Below are positions 54,059 through 63,059 of a stretch of DNA of 64,000 nucleotides, one piece after another. Within the stretch, counting starts at the first letter, position 1. The number at the start of each line of letters is the position of its first letter. Both the position numbers and the translations under genes were made by a program. The DNA comes from Nitrospirota bacterium (lineage in GTDB: Bacteria > Nitrospirota > Nitrospiria > JACQBZ01): contig JACQBZ010000035.1 of NCBI GenBank assembly GCA_016194285.1, positions 385 through 64,384 of the forward strand, written 5' to 3'. The notes under the pieces are model-generated. The model did not search any database, was not told where the DNA came from, and was given only the letters and a program-made list of their open reading frames with translations.

Positions 54059-54427
54059 CTAGGGAGGGAGAAGATGTTCCCGAACCGTTTCTTTCAATAC
54101 GTCAATATCAATGGGTTTGACAAGATATTCCACGGCGCCCTTCAGAAAGGCCATCGCCCGCGTTTGATCGCCCGGATAAGTCGAGAGCATGACGACCTTG
54201 GTACCCGGCTCGAGATTTTTGACCCGATCCAGAATCGAAAAACCATCGATCGGACGCATCCGAATATCCACGAACACGAGATCAAACGGCTCCTCTTCAT
54301 GCCATCTCAGGGCCTGGTTCCCGTCGGTTGTTGTTCTAACTTCGTAACCCTCCTTTCCAAGGACTTTAGATAGAAGGCCAAGAAAATTCTCTTCGTCATC
54401 AATGACCAGGATTCTGGGATAACTCAT
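54059..54427 (-). CDS. Single-domain response regulator (CheY-like receiver)
   Basis: ILVIDDEENF...DLVFVDIRMRPIDG...KP. 122 aa. Confidence 0.88.
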   Translation of the reverse strand: MSYPRILVIDDEENFLGLLSKVLGKEGYEVRTTTDGNQALRWHEEEPFDLVFVDIRMRPIDGFSILDRVKNLEPGTKVVMLSTYPGDQTRAMAFLKGAVEYLVKPIDIDVLKETVREHLLPP

Positions 54428-54493
54428 TTTTTAACACTCGTTTCCAACGGCACGAAAATTCGACATGATGACCCACTGCTACTTCTATTACAA

Positions 54494-54508
54494 GCAAGAT
54501 ACGTGCCA
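54494..54508 (-). promoter_or_regulatory. Sigma-54 promoter (TGGCAC-N5-TTGCT) upstream of the receiver/kinase/activator operon
   Basis: Minus-strand aTGGCACgtatcTTGCTtg. About 67 nt upstream of ATG 54427. Confidence 0.75.
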
Positions 54509-54591
54509 TGGGCTACGTTTTTTTCCCTCGGTCTCAGAGTCGTACATTTCCGGAAATAAATAGGGTATTCACCTGACTTCAGAAGCGGCCA

Positions 54592-56331
54592 TTGGGGAAA
54601 GTCTGGTGTTTGGGTGCTTCAATTGATATAATGGGCGCGACACGGAGAAGATCGATTCCCACACTTCACGGACATCTCAGCGGTCTCAAGGCTGGACAGA
54701 CCCGACGCCTGGAGCATCTATATCGCCGTCGGATCCCCCCCGACAAGGTCATCACGCCGGAACTGGCCCGCGCGCTGACCGAACTCTCGCGTGATGTCGG
54801 GAGGCAGATTGGGCTGATCGTGACGCGGCGGGGCGATATTTACGCCGTGATCGTGGGTGACGACCGCGAGATTCTGATCCCCGACCTGTCGAAGTTCCGC
54901 GCGGGCCGATTCCGGCTTCGGGGCGTCCGCTGCCTCCATACCCATCTCGACGACTCGCCGCTGACGCAGGACGACTTCACCGACTTGGCGTTGCTCCGGC
55001 TGGACCTCATCGCCGCGATCGGCGTTCTTGAAAACGGGCTTCCCGGACATTGTTATCTCGCCCACCTCCTCCCGCCCAATCCGGAAGGCAAGGCCTGGGA
55101 AGTGCATCCGCCGCAATGGACACACCAGTTGAACCTGGATTTCCAATCCTTCGTCACGACGATCGAAGACGAGCTGGCCCGCCACCAGACGGCCTATGAC
55201 GTCAAGGACAAACGGGAACGGGCGATCCTGGCCAGCGCCTCCACCCGGAACCGGCTCGATCAGGAGGAATCCATGGAGGAATTGGCCGAGCTGGCGCGGA
55301 CGGATCAGCTCGTCGTGGTGGATGTCGTGACCCAGCGGCCCAAGACGCTGCATCCGAAATATCTCATGGGGGAAGGAAAGATAAAGGAGCTGATCATGAA
55401 GGCCTATCAGCAAGGGTCCGATCTGCTCGTCTTCGACCAGAACCTCACCCCGCTTCAGACCAAGGCGATCGGCGAGATCACGGAGATGAAGGTGATCGAC
55501 CGGACTCAATTGATCCTGGACATCTTCGCGCGGCGCGCGCACAGCCGGGACGGAAAGGTCCAGGTCGAGCTGGCCCAGTTGAAATACCGTCTGCCCCGCT
55601 TATCGGAGCGGAGCACGGCGCTCTCAAGGCTCACCGGAGGGATCGGCGGACGCGGACCGGGCGAGACCCGATTGGAAGTGGACCGACGGCGCGCGCGGGA
55701 TCGAATCAGCCGCTTAGAGAAAGAACTTCAGATGCTCAGCCGGGCGAGGACGGAACGGCGGTCGTTGCGGGTGAAAAGCGGCATTCCCATTATCTCAATC
55801 GTGGGATATACGAATGCAGGTAAATCGACGCTGTTGAACGCACTGACCCACAGCGAGGTGCTGACGGACGACCTCCTGTTCGCCACACTGGACACCGCCA
55901 GCCGCCGCTTACGTTTTCCCCGCGAGAGAGAAGTCATCATCACCGACACGGTCGGCTTCATCCGCGAGCTGCCGGAAGATTTGATGGGCGCCTTCGCCCC
56001 GACGCTGGACGAACTGCGGGACGCCCATCTGCTTCTCCACGTCGTGGACATCAGCAATCCCCGGTTCGAGGAGCAGATCGCGGCCGTCGTGAAACTGTTG
56101 ACGCAGCTTTTGCTTGATCAAATTCCCCGGCTGGTGGTGTTCAATAAAGAAGATCGGGTCGATCCGCAGATCGTCAAAGACGTCTGCCGGCGCTATGATG
56201 CCGTCTCGATCTCGGCGCTTCATCCCGAGACGTTGCCCAAACTGCTGGCGGTTCTCGAAGATCGGGTCTTCCGGTCGGTCAGGGAAATTGAAGAACCCCG
56301 GCCTTCCAGCCGGGGATTCTTCGACACCTGA
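54592..56331 (+). CDS. hflX: GTPase HflX with a long N-terminal extension
   Basis: GYTNAGKSTLLNALT (G1), DTVGF (G3), NKED (G4). HflX N-domain ..RAILAS...ELAELA. Start is either TTG 54592 or ATG 54631. Confidence 0.88.
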   Translation: MGKVWCLGASIDIMGATRRRSIPTLHGHLSGLKAGQTRRLEHLYRRRIPPDKVITPELARALTELSRDVGRQIGLIVTRRGDIYAVIVGDDREILIPDLSKFRAGRFRLRGVRCLHTHLDDSPLTQDDFTDLALLRLDLIAAIGVLENGLPGHCYLAHLLPPNPEGKAWEVHPPQWTHQLNLDFQSFVTTIEDELARHQTAYDVKDKRERAILASASTRNRLDQEESMEELAELARTDQLVVVDVVTQRPKTLHPKYLMGEGKIKELIMKAYQQGSDLLVFDQNLTPLQTKAIGEITEMKVIDRTQLILDIFARRAHSRDGKVQVELAQLKYRLPRLSERSTALSRLTGGIGGRGPGETRLEVDRRRARDRISRLEKELQMLSRARTERRSLRVKSGIPIISIVGYTNAGKSTLLNALTHSEVLTDDLLFATLDTASRRLRFPREREVIITDTVGFIRELPEDLMGAFAPTLDELRDAHLLLHVVDISNPRFEEQIAAVVKLLTQLLLDQIPRLVVFNKEDRVDPQIVKDVCRRYDAVSISALHPETLPKLLAVLEDRVFRSVREIEEPRPSSRGFFDT

Positions 56332-56341
56332 GCAAAACGTC

Positions 56342-57376
56342 CTACCATCCCTGGTTTTTCCCAAACAGCACGGCGATCCCGTATGGCGCATCGTCGACCG
56401 GAAACGTGGTCTGGACCGTGTCGGTTTCTGTATCGATAACGGCGACCCGTCCCTTGGGCTTCTCCCCGCTCAACGTAACATAAGCATATCTTCCATCCGC
56501 ACGATACGCGATGCCGTGCGGTCCCTGGCCGACCGGGATTACTTTTTCCACCCTCCAATGGTCGAGATCGACCTTGTAGACGGCCGCCGACTCCATACAG
56601 GGAATATAGAGAAAAGGCCGGGTGGGATGAACCGGAGCCTGCATCGGGCGTTTGCCCACGGCCAAACTCGCCAACACCGCTTTTTGCGCCACGTCGATCT
56701 TGTGCACCTGGTTCAATCCCACGTCGGTTACATAGGCAAACTTTCCATCACTCGTGATTCCCATGGCCATCGGTTTGGCACCCGAAGGCAGTTGAATTCG
56801 ATCGACTTGATGACGCGCGAGATCGACCACCGAAACATCGCCGGAGCGGCTATTGGGAGTGAGCACGAATCGACCATCCGGCGTGATGACCAGTCCATGC
56901 GGACCCCTCCCCTTCAGCTTCACGGTCTCAACCACTTTAAACTCCGGAACCGAGATCACGGAAAGCGTGGAGGCGGCTTCATTGGAAACGTACAGGCGCT
57001 CCCCGGTGTGATCCGGAACGACATGGGCCGGCTGATGTCCCGTCACCACGGACGTCAGGAGGGCATTGGTCTTGACATCAAAAACCTGAACCAGGTCATC
57101 CGACTCTTTGGTAAATAGAACGGTCACATAGAAATACCTCCCGAGGGGATCCACGTTCACATAATGCGGGCGTGAACCGGTCGGAACCTCCGCCACGGTG
57201 CCAAGATTCGTAAGATCAATGACCGAAATGCTGTCCGAACCTTCGTTGGCGACATACAAGCGTTGGAGGGATGAGGAAAAAGCCCATGGGGTCGCGGAGA
57301 AGAGAACCCATAAAATAATCGCGATCCCCAACACGATTTCGCGGGGCAAAGGTGAAAAAGGGGGTGGAGCTCCCAT
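56342..57376 (-). CDS. YVTN-family beta-propeller repeat protein (secreted)
   Basis: Repeated LYV(A/S)NEGSD.ISVID-type blades and an N-terminal hydrophobic signal. Confidence 0.75.
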   Translation of the reverse strand: MGAPPPFSPLPREIVLGIAIILWVLFSATPWAFSSSLQRLYVANEGSDSISVIDLTNLGTVAEVPTGSRPHYVNVDPLGRYFYVTVLFTKESDDLVQVFDVKTNALLTSVVTGHQPAHVVPDHTGERLYVSNEAASTLSVISVPEFKVVETVKLKGRGPHGLVITPDGRFVLTPNSRSGDVSVVDLARHQVDRIQLPSGAKPMAMGITSDGKFAYVTDVGLNQVHKIDVAQKAVLASLAVGKRPMQAPVHPTRPFLYIPCMESAAVYKVDLDHWRVEKVIPVGQGPHGIAYRADGRYAYVTLSGEKPKGRVAVIDTETDTVQTTFPVDDAPYGIAVLFGKNQGW

Positions 57377-57417
57377 CTCGTGCGCATCCCTTCCCGTTTT
57401 TTTTGGAATGCCGCTTC

Positions 57418-57819
57418 TTACCGAAGATGCTTCTTCAAAACTTCATTATCCCTGATCCGAGGATCGGCAGGGGCCAGCAGGATCGCCTTCTTAAAATGTT
57501 CCGCGGCCTCCTCGTGTTTTCCTTCCTGATCCAAGGCCAGCGCGAGATTGAAATGGGCCGCCGCCAGATCCGGATCGGCCTCCAGCGCGCGTCGGAAGTC
57601 GGCGGCCGCCTTCTCCCAGTGCTCCCGAAGCAGATGATCCATCCCGTCCTGATTCCTTGCCGCGGCCGATCCGATCGCGTACCCCTCGGGCGTCGCAATC
57701 GCCATCCGGCCCACCGGACTCTCCGGCAGCCTCGGCCTGGAACGATCCGAGCAAGAAGAACAGAGGAGCAGGACAACCACCAGCAGACAAACCCCGATAC
57801 GGACTTTTCCGACGCTCAT
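57418..57819 (-). CDS. TPR-repeat lipoprotein
   Basis: LLLCSSCS lipobox. TPR-like AAADFRRALEADPDLAAAHFNLALALDQEGKHEEAAEHFKKAI. Confidence 0.7.
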   Translation of the reverse strand: MSVGKVRIGVCLLVVVLLLCSSCSDRSRPRLPESPVGRMAIATPEGYAIGSAAARNQDGMDHLLREHWEKAAADFRRALEADPDLAAAHFNLALALDQEGKHEEAAEHFKKAILLAPADPRIRDNEVLKKHLR

Positions 57820-57853
57820 CGTCTGTCCTGATCCTTGCCCCTTATAAAGATGT

Positions 57854-58288
57854 TTATCGTTCGGCTTCTCGTTCGAGAAGGCTCAGGCAAAATTTGAGCA
57901 CGTCCTGTTCGGAGAGGATGCCCACCAGCGACCCGTCCCGATCGACAATCGGTAAACCGCCGATCTTGTGCTTGATCATCGACGCGATCGCGTCTTGCAC
58001 GGTGTGATGTTCACGAAGGGTGATGACATTCAACGTCATCGCTTCTTCAACCGGCAGTTGCAGGTAGGCATCATCCCGATCGCTTTTGGGGAGCTTCAGG
58101 CTGGGTCGGCCGCCCAGTTGTCGCAGATCACGGTCGGAAATGATTCCGACAAGCTTGCCGTCTTTGGTGACCGGCAGCCGGCGGATTTCGTAGCGGGTCA
58201 TGACTTCGATCGCCATGCCCACGGTTTGATTATGCGCGATGGTGATGGGCTTGGGAGTCATTAATTCGCTGACGGGTATGCGTTTCAT
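57854..58288 (-). CDS. CBS-domain pair protein
   Basis: Two CBS repeats (RRLPVTKDGKLVGIISDRDL, GGLPIVDRDGSLVGILSEQDV). Confidence 0.85.
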   Translation of the reverse strand: MKRIPVSELMTPKPITIAHNQTVGMAIEVMTRYEIRRLPVTKDGKLVGIISDRDLRQLGGRPSLKLPKSDRDDAYLQLPVEEAMTLNVITLREHHTVQDAIASMIKHKIGGLPIVDRDGSLVGILSEQDVLKFCLSLLEREAER

Positions 58289-58381
58289 CTCGGCCTCATG
58301 GAATAAAGATACATTTAAACGGCGCTAAAATTACGGATGCACTATAGCATGATTCGACATCGGTCAACAAGGGGGGATACC

Positions 58382-59641
58382 TCAATCTCCCCCGACGCCC
58401 CTGCGGACAACCACGATACCGGATGGATCAAGATGATACCGGGAGCGGTCATGTTCCGGATCATATCCCAAATGCGTGCCGGCCTCGAGGTCGTTGTAAC
58501 GATCGACGATGGCCCGACGAAGGCGGGACCCCCGCCGAATACAAACGTAGTCCATCACGATCGAATCCTCGATCAACACATCCTCTTCAAGCCACACCTC
58601 CCGCCGGATGATCGAATTGCGAACGGTCGCGTTGTTCACCACCGTCCCACCCGCCAAGCTGCTGTTCTCAATTTTGCCCCGGATGATCTTGGCCACCGGC
58701 CCCTGATAATTGCTGGAATAGATGGGCCATTGAGAATTGAAGGTTTCAAACTTGGCCTCCGTTCCGAGGAGGTCCTGATGGGCGGCGTAATAAGCCCCGA
58801 TGGTTCCCACATCGCGCCAGTAACCCCGTTCTTCAAAGGGATGGATGCCGGGGACTTGGTTGGTGAGAAAATCATAGGCGAACACCCGGTGGGTCTTGCT
58901 TAAGCGTGGAATCACGTGCCTTCCAAAATCGCGTTCGCCATAGCGATTGGCTTCATTCAGGGCGGCGGTGAGCACCTCGGTCGTGAACAGGTAATTGCCC
59001 ATGGAAGCATACGCGCGTGCCGGGTCGCCGGGCATGGCCGTCGGATGCTCGGGCTTTTCCTCAAATCCCCGGATACGACCGTCCGCATCGGCCGAAATGA
59101 TTCCGAACGAGGAGGCTTGGTCGAGCGGGACGGGTAACGCGGCCACGGTCACGTCCGCGCCGCGCTCCAAATGGAACGCGACCATCTGGCGGACGTCCAT
59201 CCGGTATATATGATCCGCTCCGAAAACGGCCACAAAGTCGGGATGATGCCGGTCGAAGAGGTTGATGTTCTGATAAACCGCGTCGGCGGTTCCCTGAAAC
59301 CACTCCGGTCCGGTCCGCATCTGGGGGGGCACGACCGTGACGAAATGATCGGGCAGCATGGGAGAAAGGATCCAGGAGCGGCGGACGTGCTCGATGAGCG
59401 ATTGGGATTTATACTGGACCAGCAGATAGATGGCGTGAATTTCGGAATTGACCAGACTGCTCAGGACGAAATCGACGATCCGGTAGCGCCCTCCGAACGG
59501 GACCGCGGGCTTCGAGCGCTCGGCGGTCAACGGATGGAGGCGGCGTCCTTCTCCGCCGGCCATGACCATGGCCAGGATTCTCGGATGTTCCATCGCGGAA
59601 CCCGAAGCCGGCCGGTCGCTGCTCTTTTTCACGCGAGGCAT
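58382..59641 (-). CDS. glgC: Glucose-1-phosphate adenylyltransferase
   Basis: AMVMAGGEGRRLHPLTAERSKPAVPFGGRYRIVDFVLSS and FQGTADAV motifs, C-terminal left-handed helix repeats. Confidence 0.9.
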   Translation of the reverse strand: MPRVKKSSDRPASGSAMEHPRILAMVMAGGEGRRLHPLTAERSKPAVPFGGRYRIVDFVLSSLVNSEIHAIYLLVQYKSQSLIEHVRRSWILSPMLPDHFVTVVPPQMRTGPEWFQGTADAVYQNINLFDRHHPDFVAVFGADHIYRMDVRQMVAFHLERGADVTVAALPVPLDQASSFGIISADADGRIRGFEEKPEHPTAMPGDPARAYASMGNYLFTTEVLTAALNEANRYGERDFGRHVIPRLSKTHRVFAYDFLTNQVPGIHPFEERGYWRDVGTIGAYYAAHQDLLGTEAKFETFNSQWPIYSSNYQGPVAKIIRGKIENSSLAGGTVVNNATVRNSIIRREVWLEEDVLIEDSIVMDYVCIRRGSRLRRAIVDRYNDLEAGTHLGYDPEHDRSRYHLDPSGIVVVRRGVGGD

Positions 59642-59849
59642 AAAGCCTCCTCACATCCATTCTCGTTTGGGGGTTTAGAAAAGGTTCCCCGGTCCATCGT
59701 GGAGGCCCCGCGCTGGCGCGATGATGCAAAATGAAGCTGAAAGACGGAAAAAACTCTGACGGACCGATGGGGGAAGTATAGCGAAAACCGAAAAGAATCT
59801 CAAGGGGAGTCGGACTGTAACGGCCCTGATAGGAAAAGGCTTGTTCGGA

Positions 59850-60968
59850 TCATCCCAAGGCATGGTTGGGATAGGGCCATTTCGGCAGCGGGGCCGATTC
59901 TTTGACGAGATAGCGCCTCATTTGGATGTCGCAGACCGCATAACCCCAATTGATGAGCCGGCATTGCTCCTCTTCGCTGAAGGGGTTCAGCCGAGTACGA
60001 ATCTTCGCCAGTTCTTTCATGACTTCCGTGGGGACGAGGAGACTGCCTGGAAGGTTATACCCCTTTATTTCTGTATGGGTCCCCCAATAGGCACCGTTGC
60101 GGTACCCGAATTGGTATTCATATGCAAGCGCCCGTTTTCGGAGCGCGCGCGCTTGGTTGCTGGTCATATCAAATGCACGGAGAGTTTGACTATACCAGTT
60201 CGTCCTTGGACCGGCGAAACTTTCGAAAGGCATGCCTGCATCGCTCACGAGAAGGGTCTGGTAGCGGTTCCAGACGGTTTCAAGACCGAGATTGTCATAG
60301 ATCCCGCCGTCGGTGAGAATGAGACGCTTTCGGTATGCGACCTCATCGTAGAGGTCGGCCCCCTTGGTCTTTGTGAAGCTCCCGGGATCCGTATCAATGA
60401 CCATCGGCGAGAGATAGGGCGGGAAGGCGCTTGAGGCGGATACGGCCACCGAAACGCGGAAGGTGGGATTTTTGATCAGTCCAATCCGATAATCCCCCGC
60501 ATAGAGTTTGGAGAATCGGAAATCCACACCCGTGGCAAAATTTGTGGTATTGAAGATAAACAGCGGGGCATTATTCGTCGGGAGATCCTGAAGGGTTTTT
60601 TCTCCGAAAAGATACTTCCGATACTTTCTCTCAACGGCGTCACTCACGCGCTTTCTTGGCCATAGAACCCCTTTCACCATGGAAGGACCGTCGATGGAAC
60701 GGCCACAAAATTGCCGGAGAGGATTCACCACTTCTTTGACGAAGTTGGTGGCGATACCACCGGAGAAGTGTAACGCGGTCCATTGACAGGCCAATAAGCC
60801 GGCCGTAATCGAACCCCCCGATACGCTCGAGACCCGGTTCAGTTTGGGCAGATAGCCCAGTTCGTTCAGGCGCCATAGGGCTCCGCAGTGAAAGAGGGTC
60901 GCGCGAAAACCTCCCCCTGAAAGAGCCAGGCCGATCCCTGCTTCAACACCCTCACTCCCAAACGGCAT
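59850..60968 (-). CDS. Patatin-like phospholipase
   Basis: GLALSGGGFRA oxyanion motif, VSSVSGGS (GxSxG-type Ser), DGGIYDNLG (catalytic Asp). Confidence 0.85.
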   Translation of the reverse strand: MPFGSEGVEAGIGLALSGGGFRATLFHCGALWRLNELGYLPKLNRVSSVSGGSITAGLLACQWTALHFSGGIATNFVKEVVNPLRQFCGRSIDGPSMVKGVLWPRKRVSDAVERKYRKYLFGEKTLQDLPTNNAPLFIFNTTNFATGVDFRFSKLYAGDYRIGLIKNPTFRVSVAVSASSAFPPYLSPMVIDTDPGSFTKTKGADLYDEVAYRKRLILTDGGIYDNLGLETVWNRYQTLLVSDAGMPFESFAGPRTNWYSQTLRAFDMTSNQARALRKRALAYEYQFGYRNGAYWGTHTEIKGYNLPGSLLVPTEVMKELAKIRTRLNPFSEEEQCRLINWGYAVCDIQMRRYLVKESAPLPKWPYPNHALG

Positions 60969-60987
60969 ATCTATTTTCCTATAGACA

Positions 60988-61036
60988 TGGAGCCGTCAGT
61001 CGGGACTGAACCGACGACCTTCCGATTACGAAGACG
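60988..61036 (-). pseudogene. Diverged tRNA 3' fragment (anticodon loop to CCA), not a complete tRNA
   Basis: Sense strand ..CUUCGUAAUCGGAAGGUCGUCGGUUCAGUCCCGACUGACGGCUCCA has a T-arm, 3' acceptor and CCA, and shares UUCGUAAUC with tRNA-Thr at 61870-61944. No complementary 5' acceptor or D-arm upstream. Confidence 0.55.
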
Positions 61037-61264
61037 ATCCGTAGTATTACCAGAACCCCTTGCGAAGTCAAGACGATTTTGATTTTGTATGGGAATCCGA
61101 CCCGGGCCAACCGGGCCGCAAAAACATACTTATTATTGGGTTTGACAGAACAATTTTGTCGGCTATCCTTTAGTAAAGAGTGCCACGATCCGTTTTTCCA
61201 TTCACTTTTTCCAAAAGAAGAAAGAGATCCCCGTCTTTTGGGGGAGAAAATCAGGGTATCGCTT

Positions 61265-61681
61265 ATGGCCTTGGATCAGAATTTGGTTGTTCGTTTCCAA
61301 AACGGAAGAGTTTTAAAGGGGACTTCTAAGGATTTTTCCACGAACAGGGACAGTTTTAACCTGACCTTGGCAAATCGATCGTCCGCTAATCCGTTGGTCA
61401 AGATTTTCCTCAGAGATCTCAAAGGAATTTTTTTTGTGAAGGATTTTGTGGGAAAGAAAGAATATCAGGAAGACAAAGGGTTTTCAAAACCCGGAAAGAC
61501 TTTTTACGGAAAAAAAACAATTGTTCATTTCAAGGACGGTGAGATCCTTTATGGCTTCACTCAAAACTATGCGCCGGACCGGCGGGGGTTTTTTCTCTAT
61601 TCTTACGATTCTCAATCAAATAATCTGAAACTCTTCGCCATAAATTCGTTTGTCACCAAGGTTGAATTCCCTCCCCTTTAA
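61265..61681 (+). CDS. Hypothetical protein with an internal duplication (low-GC ORF between tRNA fragments)
   Basis: VVRFQNGRVLKGTSKDFS..FNL and IVHFKDGEILYGFTQNYA..FFLY half-repeats. Visibly AT-richer than neighbours. Start is uncertain (track ORF begins at 61079). Confidence 0.5.
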   Translation: MALDQNLVVRFQNGRVLKGTSKDFSTNRDSFNLTLANRSSANPLVKIFLRDLKGIFFVKDFVGKKEYQEDKGFSKPGKTFYGKKTIVHFKDGEILYGFTQNYAPDRRGFFLYSYDSQSNNLKLFAINSFVTKVEFPPL

Positions 61682-61731
61682 AATTTCATCGTTCGTACAT
61701 TTCCCAAAAAGCAGAAGGCCATGCGGGAAAG

Positions 61732-61763
61732 ATGGAGCCGGCGAGTGGGATTGAACCACCAAC
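61732..61763 (-). pseudogene. Duplicate of the tRNA-Thr 3' end (T-arm + acceptor + CCA)
   Basis: ATGGAGCCGGCGAGTGGGATTGAACCACC (29 nt) is identical to 61869-61897. No 5' half present. Confidence 0.8.
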
Positions 61764-61773
61764 TTGAAACTCG

Positions 61774-61866
61774 GCCCGTCGTGGGATCAACCCAGCGAGC
61801 AACGCGAGCGAGAGAGGGAGGCTCCATCCGGCTGTGCCGGTGGAGGGGGCGACGTGAGCCCCTATA
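61774..61866 (-). repeat. ~90-nt hairpin-rich intergenic repeat, copy C (inverted relative to A/B)
   Basis: Reverse complement reads TATAGGGGCTCACGTCGCCCCCTCCACCGGCACAGCCGGATGGAGCCTCCCTCTCTCGCTCGCGTTGCTCGCTGGG.. Sits between the tRNA 3' duplicate and the intact tRNA. Confidence 0.85.
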
Positions 61867-61869
61867 ATA

Positions 61870-61944
61870 TGGAGCCGGCGAGTGGGATTGAACCACCGAC
61901 CTGCTGATTACGAATCAGCTGCTCTACCACTGAGCTACGCCGGC
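61870..61944 (-). tRNA. tRNA-Thr (anticodon CGU), CCA encoded
   Basis: Hand fold: GCCGGCG/CGCCGGC acceptor, GCUC-AGUGGUA-GAGC D-arm, GCUGA-UUCGUAA-UCAGC anticodon arm, AGGUC variable loop, GGUGG-UUCAAUC-CCACU T-arm, U-CCA. 75 nt. Confidence 0.9.
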
Positions 61945-62006
61945 GCGACAAGTTTCGAAGTGTATCATAAAAAAGGCGTGAGGAAAAGCGAAAGATGAAA
62001 AAAGCG

Positions 62007-63044
62007 CTACTCCCGGGTGATCTTGACGTCCTTGACGACGGCCCCCTTCGGGCCGAAGGGCGGAAGCGATTTCCCGTTGAACTGGATCTTCACCCCGCCG
62101 GCATTCCCGAAACTGACCAGGAAATGATCCGACGCCTTCCAGGTGACCTTCTGGCCAGGCTGCAGGAACACTTCCTTGGTATCCCCGCCGTCGATCCTGG
62201 CCGAAACCCAACTCGACTCCACGGCTTCGATCACCAAAACGAGGTCTCCAACCGGGGCGGAAGATACGACCGGTGCAAGAGGCGCGGGGGGAACGGGATG
62301 TCCGGCCGGAGCGGAGGGCGTTTGAGACGCGGCGGGTGCGGGAGACTCTCCGGGCACGTTCACGATCAGGGGTAATTTTTCGACCGGCGGCTTTGTCTTC
62401 GTTTCGGCCGGAGGTTTTGGAACCGCCTGCGGATTGGGGAGCACCGGGGGCTTGAGAGCCGCCGGAGGCTTGGTGTTCTCGGGTGTCACAGCCTCGGGAG
62501 CGATCGGAACATTGGCCGGTTTGGGCTCGGCCTCATTGAGCGCGGGTTTGTTGACGGCCGGCTCGGCCTGTTCAAGTGGCGTCTCGGGGGCGGTCGACGT
62601 CTCCTGGGCGGGCGGCGACGGGCGGGAGTCGAAGCCGCCCTCCTTATCCGTCGAACGCCTGGCGTTCATGCTGTAAACCGTCAGAATGGCCAGGCCCAGC
62701 ACGGCCACGACCGCCACCTGGGCGATGCGGCCCTGCAACTTTCTCCGGCTATTCTGGAGTTCAAGCGTTTGTTCGGAGTGCCGTTGGCTCTCGTCCCGCC
62801 GTTGGAAAAAGGCCTGAGCCGATTGGGAAAACCGGGTCATCGTGTCCTCGTCGTCCAGACCCAGGCAGCGTCCATAGACCCGGACGAAGCCCCGGGCAAA
62901 CACTTCGCCCGGAAATTTCTCCAGCCGGTTTTCCTCCAGCGCCTGAATATAGCCCGGGCTGATCCGGGTCAGCCGGGCCACCTCCCCGACCGAAAGCCCG
63001 TGTTCTTCGCGTATTCTTCGCAGGTATTGTCCGATGGATTCCAT
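62007..63044 (-). CDS. rodZ: RodZ-like cytoskeleton protein (XRE HTH + TM + Pro-rich linker + DUF4115-like C-terminus)
   Basis: IGQYLRRIREEHGLSVGEVARLTRISPGYIQALEENR HTH, one TM helix, PA/PK-rich linker, C-terminal WVSARIDGG...GNAGGV. Confidence 0.8.
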   Translation of the reverse strand: MESIGQYLRRIREEHGLSVGEVARLTRISPGYIQALEENRLEKFPGEVFARGFVRVYGRCLGLDDEDTMTRFSQSAQAFFQRRDESQRHSEQTLELQNSRRKLQGRIAQVAVVAVLGLAILTVYSMNARRSTDKEGGFDSRPSPPAQETSTAPETPLEQAEPAVNKPALNEAEPKPANVPIAPEAVTPENTKPPAALKPPVLPNPQAVPKPPAETKTKPPVEKLPLIVNVPGESPAPAASQTPSAPAGHPVPPAPLAPVVSSAPVGDLVLVIEAVESSWVSARIDGGDTKEVFLQPGQKVTWKASDHFLVSFGNAGGVKIQFNGKSLPPFGPKGAVVKDVKITRE

Positions 63045-63059
63045 GGCGCTTCCCTCGGC

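Noticed and set aside
59850-60968. Patatin-like phospholipase as a CBASS (CapV-type) effector
   Set aside because: No CD-NTase/cyclase, E1/E2/JAB or other CBASS gene is adjacent. The flanking genes are glgC and a tRNA scar.
60988-61075. A second intact tRNA gene next to the patatin gene
   Set aside because: Only the T-arm, 3' acceptor, CCA and part of the anticodon loop are present. The upstream sequence cannot pair with the 3' acceptor strand (no GCCGUCA) and shows no D-arm. It is called a fragment.
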